Below, in pieces: positions 17,504-27,867 of a stretch of DNA of 64,000 nt. The position numbers were made by a program, and so were the translations under genes. Source of the stretch: Sphingomonadales bacterium (GTDB lineage Bacteria > Pseudomonadota > Alphaproteobacteria > Sphingomonadales > Sphingomonadaceae); the NCBI GenBank assembly GCA_013297725.1, contig JAAFIB010000002.1:45212-109211 (forward strand), in the 5' to 3' direction. Under the pieces are notes generated by a model. That model searched no databases, was not told the DNA's origin, and worked only from the letters and a program-made list of their open reading frames with translations. Position 1 is the stretch's first letter. Each line of letters begins with the position of its first letter.

Positions 17504-18895
17504 TTAGCGGACGGGGTAACGGTCCGTCAAATAGCGAAATACCGCGCGCAGGCCCAGCGCCTCGCCGCCCTTTGGCCGCCCGGGCTTTGCCGACCCGCGC
17601 CAAGCATAAGTATCAAAATGCGCCCATGGCGTGCTGTCGGGAACAAATTTTTGCAGGAAGAGCGCAGCTGTGATTGCACCGGCAAAGGCACCCCCGCTGT
17701 TCGCGGTATCGGCAATGTCGCTGTCGAGCATTTCGCTATAGGGCTTCCATAGCGGCATCCGCCACACAGGATCGGCGACAGCATCGGCAGCACCAAGCAA
17801 AGCCCCCGCAAGCGCATCGTCATTGGCAAACATTGCGGGTAATTCCGGCCCAAGCGCAGTGCGCGCTGCGCCCGTCAGCGTGGCGAAATTGATAATCAGC
17901 TCAGCCTTATCCTCAACCGCCTTGGTCAGCGCATCGGCAAGCACCAGCCGCCCTTCGGCATCGGTATTGTCAATCTCTACGGTGATCCCTGCCCGGCTGT
18001 TCAGGATATCGCCGGGCCGCATCGCATTACCCGAAACTGCGTTTTCAACCGCCGCAACCAACAGATGCAGCCGCACCGGCAGACGTGCCTTCATAATCGC
18101 CTCTGCCAGCGCCAGCGCGTGTGCAGCCCCGCCCATATCCTTTTTCATCAGCCGCATGCCCGCCGCCGGTTTCAGATCCAGACCGCCTGAGTCGAAGCAC
18201 ACGCCTTTGCCGACAAGCGCGATACGCGGGTGTCGTTCGTCACCCCATTCAACCTCGATCAAACGCGGCGCATAATCGCGCGCTGCTGCTTTGCCGACAC
18301 CGTGGATCAACGGATAGCCAGTTTCCAGCGCATCGCCTTTAGTAACGCGCAGTTCGGCTTTGTGCGCCTTGGCGATGCGTGATGCCTCGGCCTCCAATTG
18401 CTCTGGCCCCATATCGGCGGCAGGACGGTTGACGAGATCGCGGACCAAAGCCGTCGCCTGTGCATTCACAACTGCTGCTTCGATCCGTCCAGGTTCGGTG
18501 GTCAACAGAACACGTGCACCGCGTTGCTTTATCTCGCTGCGATATTCATCAAACCGGTAATGCGCCAACAGCCAACCAAGCATAGCATCGCCCGCCTCTG
18601 CCCCGGCCAAGCGATAGTTTCCCTCGGGCAGCAGATCTGCAGCCTTGGCCAGCGCCCATAGGTCAAGCTTTGCGCTATCCGCCACGCACAAAACAGCGCG
18701 CCAGTTTTCGCTGACGGGTTCTTGCAATATGGCAAAATTTCGCGCCTCGCCCTCAAACCGTTGCGCAATTGCAGCGGCTCGAACTTGCGCAGGTTGAGTG
18801 GCCAACCAGTCGGCAAAGCCACCAACAGTTACAATTTCGATGGTCCGGGCGTCTTGCCCGTTGTCGGGCTGGATTAAAGCGTTGAAATCAGTCAT
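17504..18895 (-). CDS. M17 leucyl aminopeptidase (PepB-like)
   Basis: 'VGKGVCFDSGGLDLK', 'MKKDMGGAA', 'NTDAEGRL'; real start is M88 of the long ORF. Confidence 0.94.
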   Translation of the reverse strand: MTDFNALIQPDNGQDARTIEIVTVGGFADWLATQPAQVRAAAIAQRFEGEARNFAILQEPVSENWRAVLCVADSAKLDLWALAKAADLLPEGNYRLAGAEAGDAMLGWLLAHYRFDEYRSEIKQRGARVLLTTEPGRIEAAVVNAQATALVRDLVNRPAADMGPEQLEAEASRIAKAHKAELRVTKGDALETGYPLIHGVGKAAARDYAPRLIEVEWGDERHPRIALVGKGVCFDSGGLDLKPAAGMRLMKKDMGGAAHALALAEAIMKARLPVRLHLLVAAVENAVSGNAMRPGDILNSRAGITVEIDNTDAEGRLVLADALTKAVEDKAELIINFATLTGAARTALGPELPAMFANDDALAGALLGAADAVADPVWRMPLWKPYSEMLDSDIADTANSGGAFAGAITAALFLQKFVPDSTPWAHFDTYAWRGSAKPGRPKGGEALGLRAVFRYLTDRYPVR

Positions 18896-18932
18896 GAGAT
18901 CATTGTTAGCGGCTTCGCCGCGATAAGGGAGC

Positions 18933-19607
18933 ATGTTTCGACCGATGTCCGCACTTTTTTCGTCTAAAGGAATTTCGGCGGTTTTGATGGCTGCGCTGCT
19001 ATTGCTGGGCGGTTGCGGCGCGCGCGAGCCAAAGGTGATCAAACCGCCCAAGGACGCAGCGGCGGTTATTGAACCTTTTTTGAAGGAGCTGGCGGCGGGA
19101 AATAAAGATAAAGCGGCAGCCTTTGTTACAGATACGGCGACTGATGAATTGGACAATCAATTTGCCGGTGATCACAAAAAGCTTGCCGCGGCAGGCAAAA
19201 TTACACCCCGTTTTATAACGCTAACTGGCGACTATATCGGCGCCATAGAAGACGAACGTGAAGGCGACCGCCAAGCCGTGACTTTAGTCTACGCGGCAAA
19301 ATCTGGGGAGAAATGGACCACAGCTACAGTGCGCGCCTACAAATTTCAGGACGAGCCCTATAAAGTTGAATATTGGCGCGTGGCGAATGAAGCACCCAAA
19401 AAGCCATACAGCGCAAACGTTGATGCAGAGGAGATGGAGCAGAGCGAGAAAATGATGAACGTTGTCTCGATCATCCTGTCGGTCCTTGGCGTGATTGGAA
19501 TCGCACTGCTGGTCTGGCTGGTCCGCCGCAGGCCGCATTTGATGGTGCCCGAAATTGAAAGCGAACCCCGCCGTTCAGCCTCCACCATTCGTGAGCTAGA
19601 GGAATAA
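18933..19607 (+). CDS. Hypothetical lipoprotein with C-terminal TM helix
   Basis: Lipobox 'LLLGGC'; hydrophobic helix near the C-terminus. Confidence 0.7.
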   Translation: MFRPMSALFSSKGISAVLMAALLLLGGCGAREPKVIKPPKDAAAVIEPFLKELAAGNKDKAAAFVTDTATDELDNQFAGDHKKLAAAGKITPRFITLTGDYIGAIEDEREGDRQAVTLVYAAKSGEKWTTATVRAYKFQDEPYKVEYWRVANEAPKKPYSANVDAEEMEQSEKMMNVVSIILSVLGVIGIALLVWLVRRRPHLMVPEIESEPRRSASTIRELEE

Positions 19608-19608
19608 T

Positions 19609-21006
19609 TCAGCCTATAGGCAGCGACAAAGTCGCGCGAATGCCGCCCTCTGCCCGGTTGGTGAGTATAACACTGCCATGATGCGCCTGCGCAATCGCTC
19701 GCGCAATCGTCAGCCCAAGACCCGATCCACCCGACGCCCGATTGCGCGATGTTTCTGTTCGGGCAAAGGGCTCGAATATCGTTTCAAGCTGATCAGGCGG
19801 AATGCCCGGCCCTTGATCGTCAACGGTAATCAGGATGTACTTGCCTTCACGTGCCACACCGATGTTGGCGCAGCCGCCATATTGCAGCGCATTGCTGACC
19901 AGATTGCGTAGTGCCCGGCGGATCAGCACCGGACGAACGGGTGCAACGAACCTTTCGGATAAAGCCTCGACCTGAATTTTTGCATTATCGGGGAATTCCG
20001 ACAAAGCAGTATCAATAAGCGCGCCCAGCTCGGTCGGCTGCACTGCCTCTGCCGATTTCCCCACACGCGCAAGCATCAGGATATCGTCCAGGATCGTGAC
20101 CATCTCGTCGACGCTGGCTACCATTTTGGTGCGCTCGTTATCGTCATCGACGCTTTCGATCCGCACACGCAACGATGCCAAGGGTGTTTTCAAATCATGG
20201 CCGATTGCCCCAAGCATAACGTCTTTCTCTGTCAGCAATGACGATAACCGAGCCTCGGCAGCATTAAAGGTTTCGATCAGATCTCGGACATCGGATGGCC
20301 CTTGTGGTTCCATCGGCTGGTGATCTCCTGTCAAACCAACGTCGCGCACACGCTGTTGCAGTGCATTCAACGGGCGAGCAATGCGCCGGGCGACAAGCGC
20401 CAGCGGGATCAGCACGGCCAGATAGAGCGTTAGGGTTTGCAGCAAAAGTGCAAAGGGCGGGAACGGGCCGCGCGCCCTAACCGGAGCAGCAGCATTGACC
20501 CAATCTCCGCTATTGAGTTTCATCGAAAGTAGCACTGCTTCTTTCGGCCGATTTGGCTTGCCCGGTCCGGCAAAACCCTCCGCCCAACGCAGCATAGGAC
20601 CGCGGCGAAGCTCAGCAGGCAGATTTTCCAACGGCCCTTTGGACAGCCGGATAGATTTTATGTCAGGATCAACCGCCAGCAGATACTCCGATGCACGCTC
20701 TGCAAGTTCTGCCTGACTTTCAAAACCAAGTGGGTTCACAGGTTTAGGCCCAAGAACGAGCGCAATTGAAGGAACCCGCCCTCGCCGCCCTTCGCGTTGC
20801 TTATCCTCGGCATTTATAAACCGCTCACGTTCGACCTGATTCGCTACACGCGCCACAAGCATCGATGAAGCCTCAACTGTGGCGCGCGCATTGTTTGCGA
20901 ACACCAACAACGTAGTGTTGATCATCTGTGCCAGCAGCATCGCGACTGCGGCAACAAACAAGATTTGCCCGTACAGGCTGGATGGCCATAGCTTTTTCAA
21001 CATCAA
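19609..21006 (-). CDS. Sensor histidine kinase (EnvZ-like, HAMP)
   Basis: H-box 'GHDLKTPL', N-box 'NLVSNALQYG', G-boxes 'DDQGPGI' and 'GSGLGL'. Confidence 0.95.
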   Translation of the reverse strand: MMLKKLWPSSLYGQILFVAAVAMLLAQMINTTLLVFANNARATVEASSMLVARVANQVERERFINAEDKQREGRRGRVPSIALVLGPKPVNPLGFESQAELAERASEYLLAVDPDIKSIRLSKGPLENLPAELRRGPMLRWAEGFAGPGKPNRPKEAVLLSMKLNSGDWVNAAAPVRARGPFPPFALLLQTLTLYLAVLIPLALVARRIARPLNALQQRVRDVGLTGDHQPMEPQGPSDVRDLIETFNAAEARLSSLLTEKDVMLGAIGHDLKTPLASLRVRIESVDDDNERTKMVASVDEMVTILDDILMLARVGKSAEAVQPTELGALIDTALSEFPDNAKIQVEALSERFVAPVRPVLIRRALRNLVSNALQYGGCANIGVAREGKYILITVDDQGPGIPPDQLETIFEPFARTETSRNRASGGSGLGLTIARAIAQAHHGSVILTNRAEGGIRATLSLPIG

Positions 21007-21722
21007 TCGCGTCTTACTTCAACGGAAAAGCGATAACCGCCGCCCCAAATGGTTTTGATATAACTTGGCTCTTTGGCGTCGGGTTCAATCTTGCGGCGTA
21101 GCCTGCTGATCTGGTTATCGACGGCGCGATCAAATGGCCCGGCGACGCGTCCCCGTGTCAGATCAAGCAACTGGTCGCGGTTCAGAACATGGCCGGGCCT
21201 TTCGACGAGCGCCTCCAACAGCCGGTATTCGCCTGACGATAACGGTACGAGTACACCCGATGGGTCAATCAATTGCTGCTCGCCGGTACGCAATTGCCAG
21301 CCTTCGAAATGGAATACAGTGCCCGCCGTTTGGATAACGCGGCCACCATTCGATCCGCGTCGCAGCACAACTTTAATCCGTGCCACCAATTCACGCGGCG
21401 AAAACGGCTTTACGACATAATCATCGGCGCCGATTTCGAGCCCAACGATACGGTCGGTTTCTTCGGATTTGGCAGTCAGCAGGATCACAGGCGGACCACC
21501 TGTTTCAGCAAGGCTGCGCGTCAGACTAAGCCCATCTTCACCCGGCATCATGATGTCCAGCAAGACGATATCAATATCAAATCCCGCGAGCACTTCTCGC
21601 GCAATTTTGGCGTCGGCGGCTTCGGTCACGCGAAAGCCCTGCCGCTCCAGATAACGGCCCAATGGATCGCGGATCGATGCTTCATCATCGACCAGCAGGA
21701 TGTGGTTCCGGGTTTTGTTCAC
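21003..21722 (-). CDS. OmpR-family response regulator
   Basis: 'ILLVDDE', 'LDIMMPGEDG', 'GADDYVVKPF', wHTH 'IKTIWGGGY'. Confidence 0.95.
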   Translation of the reverse strand: MNKTRNHILLVDDEASIRDPLGRYLERQGFRVTEAADAKIAREVLAGFDIDIVLLDIMMPGEDGLSLTRSLAETGGPPVILLTAKSEETDRIVGLEIGADDYVVKPFSPRELVARIKVVLRRGSNGGRVIQTAGTVFHFEGWQLRTGEQQLIDPSGVLVPLSSGEYRLLEALVERPGHVLNRDQLLDLTRGRVAGPFDRAVDNQISRLRRKIEPDAKEPSYIKTIWGGGYRFSVEVRRD

Positions 21723-21803
21723 GATGCGATGCTAATCCGCGATTGGGTAAACGGCAATGCAGCCCGGCGTTTTGCTTTGCGGCGACACCGGGCTGTAGTT
21801 GTA

Positions 21804-22394
21804 TCAGTTCGCAGGCGGTGGCGGCATGTCGCCGCGTGGACCACGCCTGTCCATCCGGCCCGCCCGTAGCTCGTCCGGCGTCAATGAGCCGTCCTTGTTG
21901 GTGTCGGCTTTGGTAAAGCGTGCTTCGGCAGCACTGCGAAATTCAGCCGTGGTGACTGCCATATCGTTATTTGTATCCGCATCTTTTAGCATAGCCATCG
22001 CTTCGCCATCGGGGCCACCTTTGTGTCCGCCGCGCCCACGACCGCCGCGTTGTCCGTCAGCACCGCGCTCGGCACGCTTTTCAGCACGATCTTCCATGCG
22101 CTCTTTGTGTGCCGCGACGAATTCGGCTTCGCTAAGCGAACCGTTTTTGTCCGCATCCATTTCTTGAAAATGCACTTTGACTTTCGCTTCACGATCGGCT
22201 GCGTTCAATGTGCCATCGCTATTTGCATCCATCTTGGCAAATCTGGCGTCGGCCGCAGCCATAGCCTCGATTTTGCTGACAGAACCATTGCCGTCGGTAT
22301 CTATTTTCGGCCCTTTGCCGCCGGGCAACGCAAACGCCGCTGCTGTTAGCGATAGTGCCGAAACAGCACCGATAAGAAGGATTTTTCGCATCAT
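21804..22394 (-). CDS. Secreted EF-hand protein
   Basis: Signal peptide plus five EF-hand-like loops (DTDGNGSVSKIE, DANSDGTL, DADKNGSLSEAE, DTNNDMAV, DTNKDGSLTPDE). Confidence 0.85.
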   Translation of the reverse strand: MMRKILLIGAVSALSLTAAAFALPGGKGPKIDTDGNGSVSKIEAMAAADARFAKMDANSDGTLNAADREAKVKVHFQEMDADKNGSLSEAEFVAAHKERMEDRAEKRAERGADGQRGGRGRGGHKGGPDGEAMAMLKDADTNNDMAVTTAEFRSAAEARFTKADTNKDGSLTPDELRAGRMDRRGPRGDMPPPPAN

Positions 22395-22521
22395 GCATTC
22401 CTTGTCTGATTCATACGGCGGGATCGCCGATGGACTGGATATGCACGGGAGTGGTCGCAAAACTATGTCGCAGCAACCGCTATATTGTCGCAAATTGTAA
22501 GAGGCTTATGCAAAAACGAGC

Positions 22522-22605
22522 TGGAGCGGGTAAGGGGGGTGCCGGAGGCGAACGGAGCGTAGCGGAGGACAATCGAACCCTAAGCTTGCTAGGGTAGGCC
22601 ATTAC
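22522..22605 (-). pseudogene. Degenerate tRNA-Gly 3'-half copy interrupted by a 33-bp insert
   Basis: 22522-22537 is identical to the tRNA 3' end and 22571-22580 (AATCGAACCC) continues it; the insert spans 22538-22570. Confidence 0.7.
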
Positions 22606-22613
22606 AACAACGT

Positions 22614-22687
22614 TGGAGCGGGTAAGGGGAATCGAACCCCTCTAGCTAGCTTGGAAGGCTAGTGCATTACCACTATGCTATACCCGC
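22614..22687 (-). tRNA. tRNA-Gly(TCC)
   Basis: GCGGGTATAGCATAGTGGTAATGCACTAGCCTTCCAAGCTAGCTAGAGGGGTTCGATTCCCCTTACCCGCTCCA; cloverleaf, 74 nt, CCA end. Confidence 0.97.
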
Positions 22688-22716
22688 ACGCTCGTTACGT
22701 GGCGCTAATGCCACCG

Positions 22717-22746
22717 TTGCGCCTGCACGTCAACGCACAGGCGCAA
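22717..22746 (-). terminator. Hairpin downstream of petC, overlapping the putative tRNA-Gly -35 (TTGACG)
   Basis: TTGCGCCTG...CAGGCGCAA 9-bp stem, extendable by G-U pairs on the minus strand. Confidence 0.55.
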
Positions 22747-22755
22747 TCTGGAAAA

Positions 22756-23580
22756 TCAATGTTTCTGGCCAGCCCAAATCTGGCGATACGACAAGAAGGT
22801 CAGACCTGTAAAAATGATCAGGAAGATGAGTGCAGCCCAGCCCGTGGCTTTACGCTGTGTCATCTTTGGTTCTGCTGTCCATGTCAGGAATGCGGAGACA
22901 TCCTTGGCCATCGACTTCAAATCATTCTTTGAACCATCGTCAAACGTCACCTGACCATCAGCAAGCGGTGCGGCCATCGCGATGTTGAGGTTGGCGAAAT
23001 ACGGGTTGTAGTGCAGTCCTTGACCCGGGCGGTTTTCCTTTGGAAGATCCGCCGGAACTTTCTGATATCCGGTCAGCAACGAATAGACATAGGCAGGGCC
23101 ATTGTGGCGTGCCTTTGTCATCAACGACAAATCAGGCGGCAACGCATTGTTGTTTGCCGCACGTGCCGCTGTTTCGTTCGCATAAGGCGAAGGCAGCTTA
23201 TCTGTGGCGATGCCAGGACGCGTCGCCGGCTCACCTGTATCAGCATTGATGCTGGGAACCTGCGCTGCTTTGGCAATCGCCTTCACTTCATCTTCGTTAT
23301 AGCCGATTTCCGCCAGGTTACGGAATGCGATCTGGTTCAGGCTGTGGCATGCAGCGCAAACCTCGGCATAAACCTTATACCCGCGTTGCAACTGCGCAGT
23401 ATCATATTTGCCAAATGGGCCGTCATGTTTGAACGACACCGCTTTTGGATGCTTGTGGAACTTGTGTTCCGCAGTTTCCACCGCAGGCTCTGTGATCATT
23501 TCAAAAACGGTAACACCGGCCGAAACCATCAACCAACCGGCCATGAACAGCCCGATTAGAAAAGCGCCAAGACGAACCAT
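22756..23580 (-). CDS. petC: Cytochrome c1
   Basis: 'LQRGYKVYAEVCAACH', 'PPDLSL', C-terminal TM anchor. Confidence 0.95.
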   Translation of the reverse strand: MVRLGAFLIGLFMAGWLMVSAGVTVFEMITEPAVETAEHKFHKHPKAVSFKHDGPFGKYDTAQLQRGYKVYAEVCAACHSLNQIAFRNLAEIGYNEDEVKAIAKAAQVPSINADTGEPATRPGIATDKLPSPYANETAARAANNNALPPDLSLMTKARHNGPAYVYSLLTGYQKVPADLPKENRPGQGLHYNPYFANLNIAMAAPLADGQVTFDDGSKNDLKSMAKDVSAFLTWTAEPKMTQRKATGWAALIFLIIFTGLTFLSYRQIWAGQKH

Positions 23581-23598
23581 AATCCCTATCTTTCCCTG

Positions 23599-24870
23599 TT
23601 AGGCAACAGCAAGCACTGGCTTGCCAGTTACCGCTTCGGTGATCGAATCTGGAAGCGGTAGAGTTTTTTCGATGCGCGAGATGATCGGAAGAATGATCAG
23701 GAAATGCGCGAAATAATAAGCAGCAGCGATCTGGCTCATCAGGATGTAGATCCCCTCGGCAGGCATAACGCCGCAATAGCCGAGAATGACGATCGACGGG
23801 ACCAGACCGAACCAAAAGAACTTTTTGAACAGTGGCCGATAATTGCCTGACCGCACTGGCGAAGTATCCAGCCAAGGCAGGAAGAACAGCAATGCAATCG
23901 AACCAAACATCGCAAGCACGCCCAAAAGCTTTGCCGGAATGAACAAGAAGTCCACAGTGAAGGCACGCAGGATCGCGTAGAACGGCCAGTAATACCATTC
24001 AGGCACAATGTGCGCAGGCGTCGAAAGCGGATTAGCAACGATGTAGTTGTCGGGATGGCCCAGCATGTTTGGGGCAAAGAAAGTCACAGCCACAAAAGCG
24101 ATCAGATATACGCCAAGGCCAACGCCATCTTTAGATGTGTAATATGGATGGAACGGAAGCGTATCTTCCTTAGTCTTCACTGGCACACCAGTCGGGTTGC
24201 CCGATCCCGGGATATGCAGGGCCCAGACATGCAGGATGATGACACCCAAAATCACAAATGGCAGCAGATAATGTAGCGAGAAGAAGCGTGTCAAAGCGGC
24301 CTGATCCGGCGCAAATCCACCAAGGATCCACTGACGAAGTGGTTCACCCACTACTGGGATGGCGGAGAAAAAGCCGGTGATAACCTGGGCACCCCAAAAG
24401 CTCATCTGCCCCCATGGAAGCACATAGCCCATGAAACCGGTTGCCATCATCAGCAAAAAGATAGTGACACCAAGCAACCACACCATTTCGCGCGGCGCTT
24501 TATAGGATCCATAATAGAGCCCGCGGAAAATATGGATGTAGACAACGATAAAGAAGAAGCTGGCACCGTTCATATGCGCATAACGCAAGAACCAGCCACC
24601 ATTGACGTTGCGCATGATGTGTTCAACGCTGTTAAAAGCGCCATCGATGCTGGAGTTATAGTGCATAGCAAGGACTATGCCGGTGATGATCTGAACCATC
24701 AAAGCAACGCCGGCGAGCACGCCGAAATTGTAGAACCAGTTGAAGTTCCGCGGAACTTCATACCCGCCGCCAATCGCGTTATACATCAAACGCGGGATCG
24801 GAAGCCGTTCGTCCATCCACTGCATCAGTGGATGTTGCGGCTTATATTCGTTTGCCCATGCGACGCTCAT
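23599..24870 (-). CDS. petB: Cytochrome b
   Basis: '[15 protein letters not shown]', 'PEWY', 'RFFSLHY'. Confidence 0.97.
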   Translation of the reverse strand: MSVAWANEYKPQHPLMQWMDERLPIPRLMYNAIGGGYEVPRNFNWFYNFGVLAGVALMVQIITGIVLAMHYNSSIDGAFNSVEHIMRNVNGGWFLRYAHMNGASFFFIVVYIHIFRGLYYGSYKAPREMVWLLGVTIFLLMMATGFMGYVLPWGQMSFWGAQVITGFFSAIPVVGEPLRQWILGGFAPDQAALTRFFSLHYLLPFVILGVIILHVWALHIPGSGNPTGVPVKTKEDTLPFHPYYTSKDGVGLGVYLIAFVAVTFFAPNMLGHPDNYIVANPLSTPAHIVPEWYYWPFYAILRAFTVDFLFIPAKLLGVLAMFGSIALLFFLPWLDTSPVRSGNYRPLFKKFFWFGLVPSIVILGYCGVMPAEGIYILMSQIAAAYYFAHFLIILPIISRIEKTLPLPDSITEAVTGKPVLAVA

Positions 24871-24883
24871 AACTTAGCGCTCC

Positions 24884-25453
24884 TTAACCAATTTTCACGA
24901 GAGTGTCGGAAAGAAATGCGAATTCTGGCACCACCAGATTAAGCGGTGCCGGACCTTTGCGGATACGGCCAGCCGTATCATAATGCGAACCATGGCAGGG
25001 ACAGAAATAACCGCCAAATTCGCCCTTAACTTCACCCGAAGCGGCACCCAGCGGCACGCAGCCCAAATGGGTGCAAACGCCAAGTGTGACGAGCCAGTTT
25101 TCTTTGCCGGGCTTGGTACGATCAGCCAAAGATTGTGGATCGCGCAATGTACCGACAGCAACCTTGCTGGCATCGGCGATTTCAGCAGGGGTCAAGTTAC
25201 GGATGAACACAGGCTGTTTGCGCCACATGGTTTTAATGGCTTGCCCAGTTTCGATCGAAGCTACATCAACCTCGATTGAAGCTTGCGCCAGAACATCGGC
25301 GCTTGCACCCATTTGGCCAACCAACGGAAGCGCAACAGCAGCAGCGCCAACGCCTGTAAAGCTTAATGCGGCAATATGGATAAAGTCACGGCGACGAACG
25401 CCGTCTTCCACACCCGATTCCGTGTCCATTACAACCTGATTATCGCTCGCCAT
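24884..25453 (-). CDS. petA: Ubiquinol-cytochrome c reductase Rieske subunit
   Basis: Tat signal 'RRRDFI', 'CTHLGC', 'CPCHGSHY'. Confidence 0.97.
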   Translation of the reverse strand: MASDNQVVMDTESGVEDGVRRRDFIHIAALSFTGVGAAAVALPLVGQMGASADVLAQASIEVDVASIETGQAIKTMWRKQPVFIRNLTPAEIADASKVAVGTLRDPQSLADRTKPGKENWLVTLGVCTHLGCVPLGAASGEVKGEFGGYFCPCHGSHYDTAGRIRKGPAPLNLVVPEFAFLSDTLVKIG

Positions 25454-25654
25454 GTTTTGCCCTCAAGCAATTGCGTACCGTAACGGTAAGCGCAGAATTT
25501 GACCTTAAATTACTCCGCGCCGAACGTCAAAGCCCCTCGCGATTCAGCGGCCTGATAGACGCAACACCCCCGATTTGCCAATACGGAATTTGGTCAATAT
25601 GTGACATAGTTGTGGAACCAAGTTGCAAAAAACGGAATTCAGTGTGAGATCAGC

Positions 25655-26131
25655 GTGCGAATAGCCCTTTATCAACCCGAGATTGCCGGAAATGTGGGCG
25701 CGGTCCTTCGGCTATCAGCGTGCCTGAATGTTGCGTGTGACATTATTGAGCCATGCGGATTTCCGTTTTCCGACAAAGGGTTAAAGCGTGCAGGGATGGA
25801 CTATGCCGACGCAGTGGAGATTGAGCGTCATCAAGGCCCGGATGAATTTGTGTCCAGTGCCAAAGCGAACAGGCGCCGGATCGTCTTAATGACAACCAAA
25901 GGCTCAACCTCATTGTTCGACATCGAATTCCGCGCAGACGACATCATCCTGATGGGATCAGAAAGTTCGGGCGTGCCAGATGAGATGCATGCCGCCGCTG
26001 ATCTTCGCATCCGCATTCCGATGCACCCGCAATTTCGATCCTTGAATGTTTCTGTGGCCGCTGGCATCGCTTTGGCAGAGGCGCTGCGTCAAACAGGCCA
26101 ACTTCCCGCCCAACCTGTATTGAATGAGTAA
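25655..26131 (+). CDS. trmL: tRNA (cytidine(34)-2'-O)-methyltransferase
   Basis: 'LYQPEIAGNVGA..R', 'MGSESSG', 'RSLNVSVAAGI'; GTG start. Confidence 0.88.
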   Translation: MRIALYQPEIAGNVGAVLRLSACLNVACDIIEPCGFPFSDKGLKRAGMDYADAVEIERHQGPDEFVSSAKANRRRIVLMTTKGSTSLFDIEFRADDIILMGSESSGVPDEMHAAADLRIRIPMHPQFRSLNVSVAAGIALAEALRQTGQLPAQPVLNE

Positions 26132-26136
26132 CAGCC

Positions 26137-26994
26137 ATGACCCTTTCCCTTGATGCGCAACAGCAAACCGCCTGCGACTGGTTTGAAGATTTGCGCAACC
26201 GCATCTGTGCCGCGTTTGAGGCGATAGAGCGTGAGGCCGGATCGGACGCCAGCTTTGACTATATCGGCTGGGATCGTACCGACCATGACGGCTCACCCGG
26301 AGGCGGCGGCGTGCGCGGGGTGATGAAGGGCAAAGTGTTTGAAAAAGTCGGCGTGAATGTCTCCACCGTTGGCGGCGCATTTAACCCCGAATTCGCCCAA
26401 ACGATCCACGGCGCAGCAGAAGACCCCAACTTCTTTGCAACGGGCATCAGCCTGGTGGCGCATATGGCCAACCCGCATGTTCCCGCTGTGCATATGAACA
26501 CGCGGTTTTTGGCGACGACAAAGCGCTGGTTCGGTGGTGGTGCCGACCTCAATCCGCCTATGCCATATAAAGAAGACACTGACGAATTCCACGCCCGCCT
26601 GCGTGCCGCCTGTGCCCCTTATGGTCCCGATGTATATGAGCAATATAAAAAATGGGCCGATGACTATTTCTGGATTCCCCATCGCCAAGTCCATCGCGGC
26701 GTGGGCGGCATATTCTACGATCATTTGGAATCCGACAGCGATGCCATGTTTGACCGCAATTTCGCACTGACCCGCGATGTCGGCGAAGCGTTTCTAGATG
26801 TCTTCCCCAAAATCGTGCGCAAACGCATGGGCCAAGAATTTACCGAGGCCGAAAAAATGGCTCAGCGCAAATGGCGCGGGCTCTATGCGGAGTTCAATCT
26901 GGTCTATGATCGCGGGACGACGTTCGGGCTGAAAACCGGCGGTAATGTCGATGCAATACTTATGAGCCTGCCGCCAGAGGTGGTTTGGGAGTGA
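26137..26994 (+). CDS. hemF: Oxygen-dependent coproporphyrinogen III oxidase
   Basis: 'FEKVGVNVS', 'PAVHMNTR', 'WFGGGADLNP', 'EFNLVYDRGT.FGL'. Confidence 0.96.
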   Translation: MTLSLDAQQQTACDWFEDLRNRICAAFEAIEREAGSDASFDYIGWDRTDHDGSPGGGGVRGVMKGKVFEKVGVNVSTVGGAFNPEFAQTIHGAAEDPNFFATGISLVAHMANPHVPAVHMNTRFLATTKRWFGGGADLNPPMPYKEDTDEFHARLRAACAPYGPDVYEQYKKWADDYFWIPHRQVHRGVGGIFYDHLESDSDAMFDRNFALTRDVGEAFLDVFPKIVRKRMGQEFTEAEKMAQRKWRGLYAEFNLVYDRGTTFGLKTGGNVDAILMSLPPEVVWE

Positions 26995-27593
26995 CCTTCA
27001 CCTCCGTCCCCGCAGGCCAGATTACGACGATCGTCACTTCACTGGAGATGACGAGCAAGCCGCCACTGCGCCCGATGCCGGCGACCGAATTGCAACTGAA
27101 ACGCTGGGAAGCCCCTGCCCTAGACACATACCGCGCACTGTATCGCCGCGTGGGCGAGCCTTGGCTGTGGTTTTCGCGGCTGATTATGGCAGACGCGGAA
27201 TTGGCCGCGATCATCCATGATGCAAAGGTCAAAATCTGGGCCGTGACTGATCTTCGCGGCATCGAAGTCGGCATATTGGAACTCGATTTCCGCGAAGATC
27301 GCCAATGCGAGATCAGCTTTTTCGGCCTGATCCCCGAACTAAACGGCAAAGGCCATGGCCGCTGGCTGATGGCCATGGCGCTACAACTCGGCTGGGCCGA
27401 GAAGAATGCCGAGGGTGAAGGCGTGGAACGGATGTGGGTGCACACCTGCACACTGGACGGCCCGGGTGCGCTGGGCTTTTATCGCAAAAGCGGGTTTGTG
27501 CCATATCAGCGGCAGATTGAGACATTTGCAGATCCCAGACTATCAGGGCATCTGCCGATGGATGCTGCGCCGCAGATACCGTTGATCGCTTGA
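26985..27593 (+). CDS. GNAT family acetyltransferase
   Basis: 'FFGLIPELNGKGHG' motif A; 'VHTCTLDGPGALGFY'. Confidence 0.88.
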   Translation: MGVTFTSVPAGQITTIVTSLEMTSKPPLRPMPATELQLKRWEAPALDTYRALYRRVGEPWLWFSRLIMADAELAAIIHDAKVKIWAVTDLRGIEVGILELDFREDRQCEISFFGLIPELNGKGHGRWLMAMALQLGWAEKNAEGEGVERMWVHTCTLDGPGALGFYRKSGFVPYQRQIETFADPRLSGHLPMDAAPQIPLIA

Positions 27594-27630
27594 TCTTGAC
27601 ATTTTTAGCGCAATTCTGTATCAACCTGTT

Positions 27631-27867
27631 ATGGCGCAAATGAATGTCTCACTCCCTGATGGCCTTAAGAACTGGGCGGAAGCCCGGGTTTCCGAAGGTC
27701 GTTACAGTAGCACGAGTGACCTTGTCCGCGACCTTTTGCGCCGCGAACAGGACTATGTGACTAAGCTGGAGCGGCTGCAGGCCGCGATTGATGAAGGTTT
27801 GGCCTCCCCCGCAACTGGCGTGTCTATTGAAGACATCGTCGAGCGGGGCTTTACGCGGCTTGCTTGA
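27631..27867 (+). CDS. ParD-like antitoxin (ribbon-helix-helix)
   Basis: 'MNVSLPD.LKNW.E.RV.EGRYSSTSDLVRDLLR'. Confidence 0.9.
   Translation: MAQMNVSLPDGLKNWAEARVSEGRYSSTSDLVRDLLRREQDYVTKLERLQAAIDEGLASPATGVSIEDIVERGFTRLA

Noticed and set aside
18896-19156. N-terminal extension of the leucyl aminopeptidase ORF
   Set aside because: Overlaps the divergent lipoprotein gene; the family-like sequence starts at M88 (18895).
22522-22613. Second functional tRNA or an integrated prophage at tRNA-Gly
   Set aside because: No D-arm, acceptor 5' strand or anticodon arm can be formed; only about 90 bp lie between the copies and no integrase is present.
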